A stretch of DNA of 41,229 bases from Octopus bimaculoides (lineage: Eukaryota). The position numbers and the translations under genes are program-made. Where the stretch lies: contig NC_068987.1 in assembly GCF_001194135.2 (NCBI RefSeq), forward strand, positions 42,203,290-42,244,518, in the 5' to 3' direction. Shown one piece after another: positions 12,607 to 24,120 of the stretch. The notes below the pieces were generated by a model. It saw only the letters and a program-made list of their open reading frames with translations, had not been told where the DNA came from and ran no database searches. Position 1 is the stretch's first letter. Every line of letters begins with the position of its first letter.

Positions 12607-13158
12607 AAGTATATTTCCACTGATATTGATCCAAACAATTCTGTATGTAGTAGATCTTCACTGTCACTTTAACACCACTAGCTGGCCTTCAGTGCCACAG
12701 TGATGTGCACTTTTTGTGAGAATTTCGACCAGGTTTTTAGCCTGGGAGTGACACAGTATTTTGATAAAATGCTTCATACTGCACCTTCCTTTGCAGAGTG
12801 CCACATTTCATGTTTGTTAGAAGGTACAAGTGGAAATGATCTTTTAGTGGAAGCCTGCTGTCAGATACAACAAACACCTAGCCCAGGTAACAGTTCAGGA
12901 AATTGCTGAACCTATTGGTAAGCCTATGCCCAGCTACTGACTTCTAGCTGGGCTACTTACTAGGATTGAAAAAATGATCAACAATACTCCATTAAAGTAA
13001 AGATTGTTTGTCAACTTAACATGGCAGTCCTGGTTTAGGACGAATGTTGTGTAATTTAGCCCCAGGAGACGTCATCTCCAGCTGGCTTTACAACACAATC
13101 TGCGTCCTTATATTTTCAAACAAGGGAATCTAGCACCCCCACTCAGCTCAAAGCAATA

Positions 13159-13203
13159 TCTGTGTATCGCGATTTCCGGGTTATTTCCCTTCATCAGTAC
13201 AGA
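13159..13203 (-). ncRNA. Minimal type I hammerhead ribozyme
   Basis: Minus strand reads TCTGTA-CTGATGA-A-GGG-AAATAA-CCC-G-GAA-ATCGCGAT-A-CACAGA: full catalytic core, stem II GGG/CCC, palindromic stem III, stem I TCTGT/ACAGA. Confidence 0.8.
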
Positions 13204-13614
13204 ATAATTGTTCGGCTGCCAAATTCCCGTTTGAAATATATAATTTTCAAAGTGACAGCTAGTCACTGATCTATAAATTAGAAAATTACTTTTTTAAAAT
13301 CTCAACGAGAGATATTCAGCAACAGTACTTTGTATGCCAACATAACATGGCAGTCCTGGTTTAGGACGAATGTTACTGTAATTTAGCCCCAGGAGATATC
13401 GTCTCCAGCTGGCTATACAACACGATCTGTGTCCTTATATTTTCGAACAAGGGAATCTAGCACCCCAACTCAGCTCAAAACAATATCTGTGTATTGCATT
13501 GTGAGATTAAAAAATAGTAATTTTCTAGTTTGTAGATCAGTGACTAGTTGTCACTTTGAAAATTATATATTTCAAACGGGAATTTGGCAGCGCCACCTCT
13601 AGCTGAACAATTAT

Positions 13615-13660
13615 TCTGTGCTGATGAAGGGAAATACACATGGAAATCGTGATACACAGA
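13615..13660 (+). ncRNA. Second hammerhead copy (stem II disrupted)
   Basis: TCTGTG-CTGATGA-AGGGAAATACACATG-GAA-ATCGTGAT-A-CACAGA: perfect 6-bp stem I and intact core, but the CCC strand of stem II is lost. Confidence 0.65.
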
Positions 13661-14634
13661 TATTGTTTTGAGCTGAGTGGGGGTGCTAGATTCCCTTGTT
13701 CGAAAATATAAGGACACAGATCATGTCATGTAGCCAGCTGGAGATGATGTCACCTGGGGCTAAATTACACAACATTCGTCCTAAACCAGGACTGCCATGT
13801 TAGGTTGGCAAACAATCTTTACTACAAAGTACTGTTGCTGAATATCTCTCATTGTGAGATTTAAAAATAGTAATTTTCTAATACTCTATTGAATTGTGGT
13901 TCTCCCCAACCACCAGTTTTGGAGATTCTACACTCATTGTGAGTGGTGCACATCCTCCATTGTCACATCTTCACCATCTTCTCTCTCCTTTCTTTTGTCT
14001 CTTTTTCTTCTCTTTCTCTCCTACTGAGGTAGCTGTTTATCTTCTTTACTTCAAGATGTCTATATCTCTCCCTCTACTTATACTCCTCTTAAGTGGCACA
14101 AAGCCACCTTCCTGAATACTACTCCCTTCGTTGAAGAATTTTGTAAGTTGTTTGACCTCATTGCTGTTGGTGCCATGTAAAAGCACCCAGTCTACACTGA
14201 AGTGGTTGGCATTAGGAATGTAAAAACCATGTCAAAGCAGAAGCAGACAGTAGAACTTAGTGCAGTCTTCTGACTTGTCAGCTCCTGTCAAACCATCCAG
14301 TTCATAGAAGGCAGGCACTGATAATAATGAAGGAGTTACTTTTATAATTTTAAAAATATTTAGAGTAATTTTTGAAGTTTGTTCAGTAAAATGTAGAAAA
14401 CAAAAATATAAAGCATAAATAAATCGAAACTTAATGTAAAGACAATTACACAGTTGTGTTGGTTATTATGTGATGGTTATTAATTGCTGGCAATAATACC
14501 AGTTTAACTTGGAGATAAATTTACAAATGTTTGTATATTCTAATGATATCAGTCTTCACTTTGGTAGTTTTCATTGTTTCTTTCTAATTTTTGTTTGTTT
14601 CTTGCTTCTAATTTTTCAGTTTTTACTAGGCACC

Positions 14635-15485
14635 ATGTATGATACTCCAAACAGCCTCCAAGACTGTTGCGTTGATTTTATTTGTGACAACATTGGAAAC
14701 TTGTGCCAGGTACAACCTGGAGTGGAAAAAAGCAACCGGAAGCTTGTATTCAAAGACCCTGATGTTTGTTTCCATGGAAAATTATCTGAACAAATTCTGC
14801 AGAGTTTGTGTGAAAAGGGTAAGCTAAATGATGAAACATTAAGTTTATTTGACCCAAGTGTTTCTATCTTGAAACGAGTGTCAATTCGCGATGCTCAGCT
14901 CACAACAAAAGGCCTACGGATATTAAAGTCACATAAAATATCTGAACTGGAAATAACTGGTTTGAAATCAGTAGCTGTAAATGATGTTATTGGCTGTCTT
15001 GGAGAGTGGACACTTTCTAACTTGCGAATGTTGAATGTAAGTAATAGTACTTTTATTAGTAGCAACAAGTATTGTGTGGTCATATCATTGGCAAAACTTC
15101 AAAACTTACAAAGCCTCAATGTTAGTAACACAGAATTTAATAAACATGGACTTGAAATAATAGTTGAAGAGTTACCTACTCTTGAAAGTCTTGACATATC
15201 AGGTACACCTATCAATGACATTTCTCCATTAAGAAAATGCAAAGATCGGTTACGTTGCTTGTCTATGTACAATTTGCGGGCATCGCATAATGACGAGTTA
15301 GTGTCGATATTATGTGAATTATCCAAACTGACCCACCTCGATGTATCTGATAGTGATGCACAGACATTTGTCAACACACAGACACGATTTAGAATACAAG
15401 AACTGCTTGTGCGTAAAACCTGTCTACCAAATTTAACCTCTTTAGATATATCTGGGAAAGAAGAAATATCTGAAGTGATATTATT
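14635..15485 (+). CDS. zyg11: Protein zyg-11 homolog (ZYG11B-like), first coding exon (LRR region)
   Basis: gcaccATG after a pyrimidine-rich acceptor. MYDTPNSLQDCCVDFI (BC-box-like SL..C...I), LESLDISGTPINDISPLRKCKDRL, LTHLDVSD and LPNLTSLDISG match ZYG11 from memory. Donor TT|GTAAGT, phase 2. Confidence 0.93.
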
Positions 15486-16219
15486 GTAAGTATTGCAGCT
15501 TTTCTTTTATTTCAGTTATTGTGAGTTTTTTTGTTTAGTAATTTATTCCATATTGCCAATGAAACATACTGTATATGTAGAGGATATATAGCAATTGATG
15601 GAACACCATCATTTGATTATCTAGATTCAGTTATTCAATGAACTGAATTACCTACTGTTGAACTAACTTGTAAGTGGCTGAGCATTCCATAGACACATGA
15701 GCCCATAATATAATTCTGAAGTACAATCAGTGTGACATAGTGTTATAGAATGGCTATAGCTTTTCAATTACTGGTACAATCTTTCTTACAGGCTCCTATA
15801 CAATGTTTGTATACCCAATTTCTCTCACAAAGAATGGATTGACCTAAGACTATAGAAAATTACATTTGCCCAAGGTCAGATATAATAACAAGAATTTGCA
15901 GACAGAATTACATAAGATGACAGTCAAAGGAAAGGTGTTGTGTTTATAGGCCATTCAACTCTTACCTTTGTGGAAAAAGACAACACATGTTAAAGCTATG
16001 ATGATGGTATTCCAATTTGTGTTGAGTGATCCAAGGTGCATAATTACTGACTGAAAAGGGTTTAAGTTTCAAAATTTGTCATGAACATTATAATGATTTT
16101 ATTCAATGCATCTGTAAGTAATAATATTTCTGAGGAGAGTATTGAAGACAAGCTACAGTAGTTTAGTAATTTTGACATTGTTGGTACTGGAAAAAGTCTA
16201 CCACCAACACTTCATTGAG

Positions 16220-16760
16220 TTCATGGCTCAACAGCCAGAGAGCTGCACCAGGTTCCAGTCTGATTTGGCTTGGTTTCTATGGCTTGATGCCCTTCCTAAT
16301 GCCAACCACTTTACAGTGTGTGCTGGGTGCTTTTAATGTGGTACTGACATTGGTGTTTTTATGTGTACCAGCATGAGTGCTTTTTATATGGTATTGGTAT
16401 AGGGCTCTTGCAAGCCAATCATTTTCAGCAGTGGGAGCAGCATTAACACTTCTCGTGTGGAGGAAGGGCCATCTTGAGTACAGCAAGGTGCCACATATCT
16501 TGGTCTCTTTGTCATCTCCTCCATAAGGTTCAGTGTCCTGAGGTTATCCTTCAGTACTTCATACCATGTCTTCCTGGGTCTCCCTCTTCAATGAGTTCCA
16601 TCCACTTTGTGAAGCTGTTGATATCCATCTGCATCACATGACCAAATTAGTGCAATCTTCTCTCTTGCACACTGCATCCAATTCCTCTTATGCCTAACTT
16701 TTCTCTTAACACACTAGCTCTTTGTTGCACATGTACGCTTACATTGCACATCCAGCAGAG
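16220..16760 (-). mobile_element. Decayed RTE 3' end
   Basis: GATGCCCTTCCTAATGCCAACCAC 3'UTR and GTCTTCCTGGGTCTCCCTCT (GRPRKTW antisense). Confidence 0.6.
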
Positions 16761-18399
16761 TGATATTACAGAATTTATTTTGACAATACTAAAATCAAGA
16801 CTATATTTGTGTGTGTGTGTGTATAGTTAACTGAACTTACTCACTATATTACTGGTACAATAATCATCATCGTCATTATCATCATTTGCCCCTTTTTCTA
16901 TATTTGGTTTATATGGACAAGTCTTCTCTAATACTGCATCATGTCATCCTTCATATGCAACACATGTTAATAGTTGTTCAGTCTTCTGTTTTCCATACTG
17001 TTTTTATCTTCACTTCATTTATGCTCTGTCATTCATACACATTAAGATTACTCATCGAGCAGAGCTTGCTTGCCTTGTTTCAATTCATTCTTCACATATC
17101 CGCCACAACCATGCTCTTCACTCATGAACTCAGCTTTTTAAACTAATTACTCTTCTTAACTTTACTCTGGCTTCTATGCTTTTGCAGCACTTAACTCCAA
17201 AGCTGATTAGGTTATCAAGGTAAAAGAAACTGTTAATTATTTTTAGCCAGCTTTTTGGGCATTTAAGAGGTTTCTCATCTACACTCCTTTTTTTGTACCG
17301 CCATCAATCACCTTCTCCCTAGCATATTCCAATTTCCTTCATCTTCCCTATCTCCAAACTGAGATTCACCACTGACAACACCTCCACCCATATTCGCCAA
17401 TCACTTCTATCCCCACTTCTAACCATCTATCACTCTCCCTTCACATTTTCCTGAACTTACCCACCCTTCTCAATCCTCTTTCCATATTCTTTCTTATATC
17501 CACGTTTTTGTACCTTGAGAGTACATCCCCTCATCCCCACTGTTTTTTCTCCCTTTCAAGTTGGGAAAGCCATGTATCTCCTCTACAGGAAGACACCTGT
17601 CCCCCCCCCCCCATCACAGCTTACTCTCTCTACATCTGGCATAAAGTCATCTCCCTCAATACTGCTGTCCCACTCAATTGAAGGGCTTTTTTTTCATCTT
17701 GGAGTTTAATAGTAACTTCATTAGTGCTGGTGTTATGATTGAAGTACTCAGTACTGGTATTAGGAAAAGCATCCAGCTGCAGAAACTAATGTCTGCCAAA
17801 GCAGACATTAGAGCTCAATTCAGTCCTCTGACTTATCAGATCCTGTTGTACTGTTCAGCCCATACCATCATGGAAGCCTGACATTAAATGATGATGATAG
17901 TGCCCTTACTGTTAATTGTTTATGTGTACTTGCTGTTAATGGAGTCTTCTATCAACTAGTGCACCTCTTGTGCACCCATAGTTTACATAGAATGGTTTAC
18001 ATTGATTGCACAGTATAGAGATCTTATTACCCATTGTTGACAGTGGTTATACAGAATACAGATCTTGACTCCTTATCTGAATATTAAGTATGACCTCCTA
18101 CTATAATCCTTTTCCTCTTGCTAAAACTTTTGTTAGGTAATTGAGATGCTAGTATCTTAATTCTAGACTTGGCTTCCATTTTAGAAAACCTCTAATTTTT
18201 CAAAATATTCAGCTATGAAAACTAGGCTATGAGCATACAAAAGTTTACTCGGACAACTGGTCTTAAAGTCCTCTGTTATTTTTTACTGGTTTAAAATTAG
18301 CTGTACTCATTGCCTTTGTAGGCTCTCCAAAATCTATGAGGCGGGCACAGTTAAGGTTACTCTTGAACATTTGCGAGCATATAGCTGCAGGGAGGAAAT

Positions 18400-19650
18400 T
18401 CCAGAGTTAGGAAGAACTGACTGTAGTGTTTAGTGTGAGATGGGGGTTGAATGAACACTACATAAATGATGAAGGAAGGAGAGATGAATGGAATGCATTG
18501 AGAGTGACTGAGTGGAGGTGGTATGAGAGCAGCTAGCTCCAAAGGAACAGAAGACACTAGTAGTGGTAGGAAAACCACAGTATGTCTCTGGCAGAGAGTT
18601 TGGAGTCTGTAAGTGGTGTTGTGCCAATCACTTGAATGCAGGCTAGCATATCTCTCTGTGTTGCAGATGTGGAAACAGTACCATTGTTGGTCTTATTTGA
18701 CCTTTGGAAAAGGTTACTAGTTAAGGGCTGAAATTTTTTCTGGTTTTGAAGAGGAAGATAAGTTTTTCTGATGCTGTTTTAGTTATCTTGAAGACATGTA
18801 TTCTTCAGGAGAGATCCTCAATGATGGGTTCCATTTGAAAACTAGTCATGTTTGGGTTGTGGTAATGTTTTATTAATATGTGTAATGGTTGGAAAACAAG
18901 ATTGGTATGACTCCATTAGCAGATGTTTTATGGATTTTCTGTATAGCACCTGGGCTGATTCAGTATGAGGTGCCTGGGTTGCATATAGATGATGCTGGTT
19001 GCTGGAAGTTGGGGAAGAATGAAGAGTAAAATCATATTTGTAAGAATGAGTTGGTGTTAATTGACTGGAAGAAGGTTTTTGATGGAGGAAAGAGTGCAGA
19101 GGACAGGAGTGAACCTTGGGGAACACCAGAGTAGATACAGTGACATTTGTAGATAGCTCAATCAACACACTGCAATGGTATAATCTGACAAAGATAAGAA
19201 ATGGATGGGGCTCATAGACAGACATTTTTTTAAGATTTACATGCCAGGCAAAAGCTTCACTGGCAACAAGGATAATAACAGTTTTTACCAAATTTTGTGA
19301 GCACAAGAGCCTGCTGGTGATTGAGGAAAGAGAGTGAGTCCCCAGTAGATCTGGCTTTATGAAAGCTATATAGAGGTGGTCATCAAGGAAGTTAAGAATT
19401 TCATGTTATTGGGAAATGTTAACACCTGGTGTCTATCAACTTTGAGGCATTGGATGTTAGTAGGGCCAGAGAAATAGGCTTTCTCAACTCCAGCACATTT
19501 TTAAAGATCAAGGATATATACCTAGAGAGCGGTGGTGAGAGAGAGAGAGACAATTTGGTTTGAGTACAGGTTAGCACTGATATCCCTTGATGGATGTTGT
19601 CAGGATTGGTGACCTTGTTAGTTGGAAGTGACAGGCAAGAATACTTGGGT
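18400..19650 (-). mobile_element. Decayed CR1-group LINE reverse transcriptase
   Basis: Frameshifted motifs in RT order: VTNPDNI (K..GPD.I), KARSTGDSL, EAF.WH, a GVPQGS-like stretch and PTHSYKYDFTLH (YADD region). Confidence 0.6.
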
Positions 19651-21133
19651 GGGACCTAATATACAGGAGGGATCCAGAAAACTGAAATACAAAGGAGAAA
19701 CCTGGAGAACTGTAATGAACAAGTGGTATATGGAGAATTGTATAAAAAAGCACAAGAAACCTGGACACAGTGGGTTACTGGGTAGACATAGGTAAAGACA
19801 AGCCTTCCAAAATGTATAGATTTTCCAAAAACAATATGCAGTTCAGCAACAACAAAAAACTTATGCTTATATCTTTATATATCCAATAATTTTTTATGAG
19901 CATTCAAATTTAATAAAAAGCAGGCAAATTTCGTTTGAAAATAATGAGCTAAATATTTATTGAGAATTTGAGAAAAAGTATGTATTACTAATTTTTAATG
20001 ACAAAAATTTATTTTAAACTTCATAACTGCTAGTAATTTCATACTTACAGCCTAAAACAGGTCAATTTTAATAGTCTTGTTAGTTTTTTTTAGATTGTGA
20101 GGCTCTTTCGGTAGGATTTGTTGGGGAAATCTGTTGAGAAATCAAGAAAATTATGCATTTTTAGGAATATTATTCAAATGCAAGTGTAAAAATAACTCGC
20201 AAATCTAGCGAACCTCAGTACAACACCGTATATTATTCTGTAAGCTCACAGTAAAAGCTTTCAGAAAAACACAAGTTTTAGTTTTGGAACTCTTCCAGTT
20301 TTAAAGGTACAAAGTGTGAGAAAATTTAGCTTGCAACTAGAGCACTTCATAATTTGGAAACTTGGAGTTTGCATTTTATATATATAAAAAAAAAATTAAT
20401 TGATTCAACCAATGTTGAACTAGCATACTCAATCTATGACAAATGCACTCAAATACATCCACTTTGAAAATCTGGAGTCAAAAGAAACAATGTTTAATGG
20501 AACCCCAAAAGCTGCAACAATTTTTGTATCCACTAGTTTTCATCCTTAAACTTAAATATCAAAAATTCACAAATGATCTTTCAGAAATCAGACAAGATTG
20601 ATGTCACACATATTTCACCTGCCTATTGAATGAAGCAATCACTTTTAATTCAAAAGAGTATTTTTGCATATAGGAAATACCCCATCTGACTTAAATACTT
20701 GCTCTGCAACAAAAAATTTAACATTTATTATTATGTACCAAGAAAACCTATATTTTGGAAAATTAACATCCATACCCTACAAAACCATTCAGAGGAAGAA
20801 AACATTGAGTTCAGCGGTGGTGTTATAATAATCACTCAGATGTGAAATAACAAAACAAACTTACATCAATTTCCATTTCTGCCATATTTTTATTGCAGTA
20901 ACAGGTCAAATGTCCTTTATACAACATTTTTTGTAGTCAGGCCACCTTTTTCAACCTTTTGAATTTTTTTCATCAAGTACATAAATTCATTATCCTCTAA
21001 CTCAACTACAATGCATCTTGGGAAATGAAAAATTTTTATGATGTTTCTGTCTATAATTTCTATGTTGAACCTAAATAAACTTACTTGATTCCAAATCAAC
21101 AACTTTTGTCAAACTGTATAATGCTTCTCTTTT

Positions 21134-21470
21134 GGGTCCAGTCCCACTCCGTGGCACCTTGGGCAAGTGTCTTTTACTATAGCCTCAGGCTGACCAAAGC
21201 CTTGTGAGTGGATTTGGTAGACGGAAACTGAAAGAAGCCCAACGTATATATATGTGTGTGCGCGTGTGTGTGAGTGTTTGTATGTCTGTGTTTGTCCTCC
21301 CCAACATCGCTTGACAACCGATGCTGGTGTGTTTACGTCCCCGTAACTTAGTGGTTCAGCAAAAGAGACCGATAGAATAAGTACTAGGCTTACAAAGAAT
21401 AAGTTTGACTAAAGGTGGTGCTCCAGCATAGCCACAGTCAAATGACTGAAACAAATAAAAGAACAAAAGA
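21134..21470 (+). mobile_element. tRNA-derived SINE, 5'-truncated, well conserved
   Basis: CAGTCCCACT..GTGGCACCTTGGGCAAGTGTC..GGAAACTGAAAGAAGCCC, internal (TG)n, ..GATAGAATAAGTACTAGGC..CAGTCAAATGACTGAAAC. Confidence 0.85.
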
Positions 21471-22249
21471 AATTCAAAATGCATGTAAAACATGTCTTTT
21501 GTAATTTCTAAATTTCATTCAATAATAAAGTACAAGCTATTCCATTTGCTAGCTTTCTAAATAGATTACTAATACAGTGAATTCATACAGTATTTATCAA
21601 ACAGATTGGTTTCCTTTTATGTATTATTTAAACGATTAAGATAATGTTAATCCCATTCAGTTGTTAATAAAGATGCAATTGTGTAAAGTTCATAATGTAT
21701 ATGATTTTATACCAATTTCAGCATAAAAATATAATGTAACTGTTGATATTTATTTAAAAGGACCATAATCTCAAATCTTATTTTTGTGATGCGGATGGAT
21801 GAGGACAGTTGCATAAAGAAGTGCCAATCTCTTAAAGTAGAGGGAAGTTGTGGAAGAGGAAGACCCAGAAAGACATGGAAGGTGGTTGGCATTAAGAAGG
21901 GCATCCAGCTGTAGAAATCATGCCAAAACAGACTATGGAACCCAGTGCTGCCCCTGGCCTTGCCAGCTTCTGTCAAGCTATCCAACCCATGCCAGCATGG
22001 AAAACGAACATTAACTGATGATGATGATTGACATTTTCAATACCACTTGAAAATTCATCTGTTTAGGGCTCAAAAATGGATTCCTTGATAAATTTTACTT
22101 TCAAAAACATGCACCTGTTTAGCTTTTAGTAATAGCTTTTTATTTTCTAGAATATTCAAGTTGATTGTGGATGTCTGTGAAATGGCCCTTTTGGCCCACA
22201 GTGCTGCAGAACTGCAATAAACAAGAGGGTCATTGAGAATTTTAATAAA

Positions 22250-22550
22250 CAAAAGGAACCTCAAGAACTGTAATAATAAGAGGGGCCTGCAGGACTGTAA
22301 CAATAAGAGGGATCTGGAAAACTGTAATAAACAGGATGGATTTGGAAAGCTAATATAGAGGAGGGACCTGGAGAACTAATAAACAACAGAGATATAGATA
22401 ACTGTAGTAAACAGGAGGGATGTAGAAAACTGTTATAAACAGGAGGCACCTGCAAAACTAATAATAAGAGGAATCTGGAGAACTGTCATATAGAGGAAGA
22501 ACTGGAGAAATGTAATAAAAAGAGGGACCTGCAGAATTATATGATAGACG
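22250..22550. repeat. Degenerate ~27-bp minisatellite (~11 units)
   Basis: Units like AGGAGGGACCTGGAGAACTGTAATAAAC; related units at 19660-19770. Confidence 0.8.
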
Positions 22551-22569
22551 AGAAGAATCTAACAACCTT

Positions 22570-23480
22570 ATAATAAACTGACTGAAGCTGAATCCCAACA
22601 AACAGCTACATGTACACTTAATAAATGTGAGATCTAGTAGCTTGCTCTTTCTGAAGTTGTCTGACTTTGACAACTACATTGATATATTCCATTCTGGCTG
22701 TCTTGTCTGAGCTATTTTTTCATTAACTCTTTCCACCACTTTCATGACGTCCATTTTGGTACATCTGTAGTTACTCCTTTTCACAACATCCCTATTGCTC
22801 ATATAGAAGTTGATTATGGTGCTTTTGCAACCATCATTGTAGTTAACAATTCCTTGTACTCCCTGATTGACGACTGTATATCCTACTTTGTCAAATATTT
22901 TCAGTTTATTGTTACCTGTCACTGACCACGCTGTTGCTTTTTTCTTTTATCTCTGCTTCTTTGCTTTTGTACCTCTGTTTTCTATACCGTTCTTCCACCA
23001 TGTTATTCTCAGCCTGGTCGGAATCTTGCTTCATCCACAGATCTGGTTGGGAGCTCTCAGCAAGTTATCTTTTAGAAACAGTTCACTGTCATAGTTATCC
23101 ATCTCTTTTTTAAACTTAAATATCACAGAAGCCCTTTCAGCTCCCATACCATTTTTGTCCAGTTTGTGTACTGAGTCTAGATTTGTCTAACTCTTATCCT
23201 GATATCTTAGTTACCAGTCTATGTAGATAGATTTTCTTTACATTAGGGAAGTATTGAATATTCACTGGTTTCAGTCCCATTTCCTGGTGAGTATAAAGTC
23301 TATTTGACTTTACATGTTTGCCTGATTTGTAGGCAGGCAGGTAGCTGACCAGCTTTCAGAAATTTGTATTACAGTTGTGTTAGGTCAGTTGCATCACAAA
23401 ACTCTGGAAGCCTCTTTGATCCCTTCTTCATTCTTTATAGCATACTCATACTTCTATGTACATATGGTTACCTAATCTAA
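22570..23480 (-). mobile_element. Probable LINE ORF1 end / endonuclease start, decayed
   Basis: LWMKQD..EERYRK..EIKEK..AWSVTGNNKL followed by INFYMSNRDVVKR, resembling the ORF1 C-terminus and APE N-terminus of CR1-group LINEs. Confidence 0.35.
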
Positions 23481-23559
23481 TGTTGTTCCCAGATGTGATA
23501 ACAAGATTGTTGTCATCTATTACACTGGGGAATAGTTTTGCAAACATTTAAGTGGTCTT

Positions 23560-24120
23560 GCTTTTTACAATTAGTCCTCCCTAATCTGATGGTGCTGGGC
23601 TCAGAAATGTCCTTTGGAATTTTCTATCATGTCAAGTTTTTTGTTAAACAGACATTCATTTTTTTACTAAAAAATGTCAATTTTGTCATTAAATGTAATA
23701 CTGAAATAACAGAAACCAAATAGTGCTTTTTTATTGTTTATTTATTAACAAATATATTACACAAAATGTTTAATTTACACATCTTAGAATAGATTTAAAT
23801 ACACATTTACACCCATGTTGCAGCCCAGTGCTTGAAAACTGGTTAACAAGGTCTGCACAAGATCTTCATAATTTGATGGCTTCTTATTTCCAAGGAAATC
23901 AGATACAACTGCAGCAAAAGCATTCCATGCTTCTTTTTCAGTGCCAGATATGGTCTCCAAAATCAACTCATTCTGCAATAGTCATCTAATATGTGGCCCA
24001 TCAAATACACCAACCTTAATTTTCTCACAAGACAAAACAGGAAACTTTGTGCTTAAGTATTTGAAGCAGTCACTGTCTGTGTTTGAACACATGTTTTGCA
24101 CCCTGTATGATGTCCCCAGG
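23560..24120 (-). mobile_element. DNA transposon transposase fragment (family tentatively Sola2-like)
   Basis: CFKYLSTKFPVLSCEKIKVGVFDGPHIR*LLQNE..EKEAWNAFAAVVSDFLGNKKPSNYEDLV..LGCNM: a recognisable transposase block; the superfamily name is uncertain. Confidence 0.65.

Larger units (their letters stand above)
12997..13881. mobile_element. Non-coding hammerhead-bearing element (retrozyme-like / non-autonomous PLE-type): ~1.5 monomers on -, ~1.1 monomer on +
   Basis: ATGGCAGTCCTGGTTTAGGACG recurs at 13021 and 13347; 13498-13881 is the reverse complement and is terminally redundant (ATTGTGAGATT..TAGTAATTTTCTA at 13498 and 13851). Flanks AATACTCCATTAAA and AATACTCTATTGAA match at 12/14. Confidence 0.8.

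Noticed and set aside
13680-13710. Pol III B-box-like GTTCGA in the retrozyme monomer
   Set aside because: Incomplete consensus and no convincing A box.
12997-13881. Interpretation as a MITE or CRISPR-like array
   Set aside because: The arms are circularly permuted tandem monomers rather than terminal inverted repeats, and there are no unique spacers or cas genes.
14509-14634. N-terminal 42 aa of the listed 326-aa ORF
   Set aside because: This is intronic pyrimidine tract before the acceptor; homology and Kozak context start at ATG 14635.
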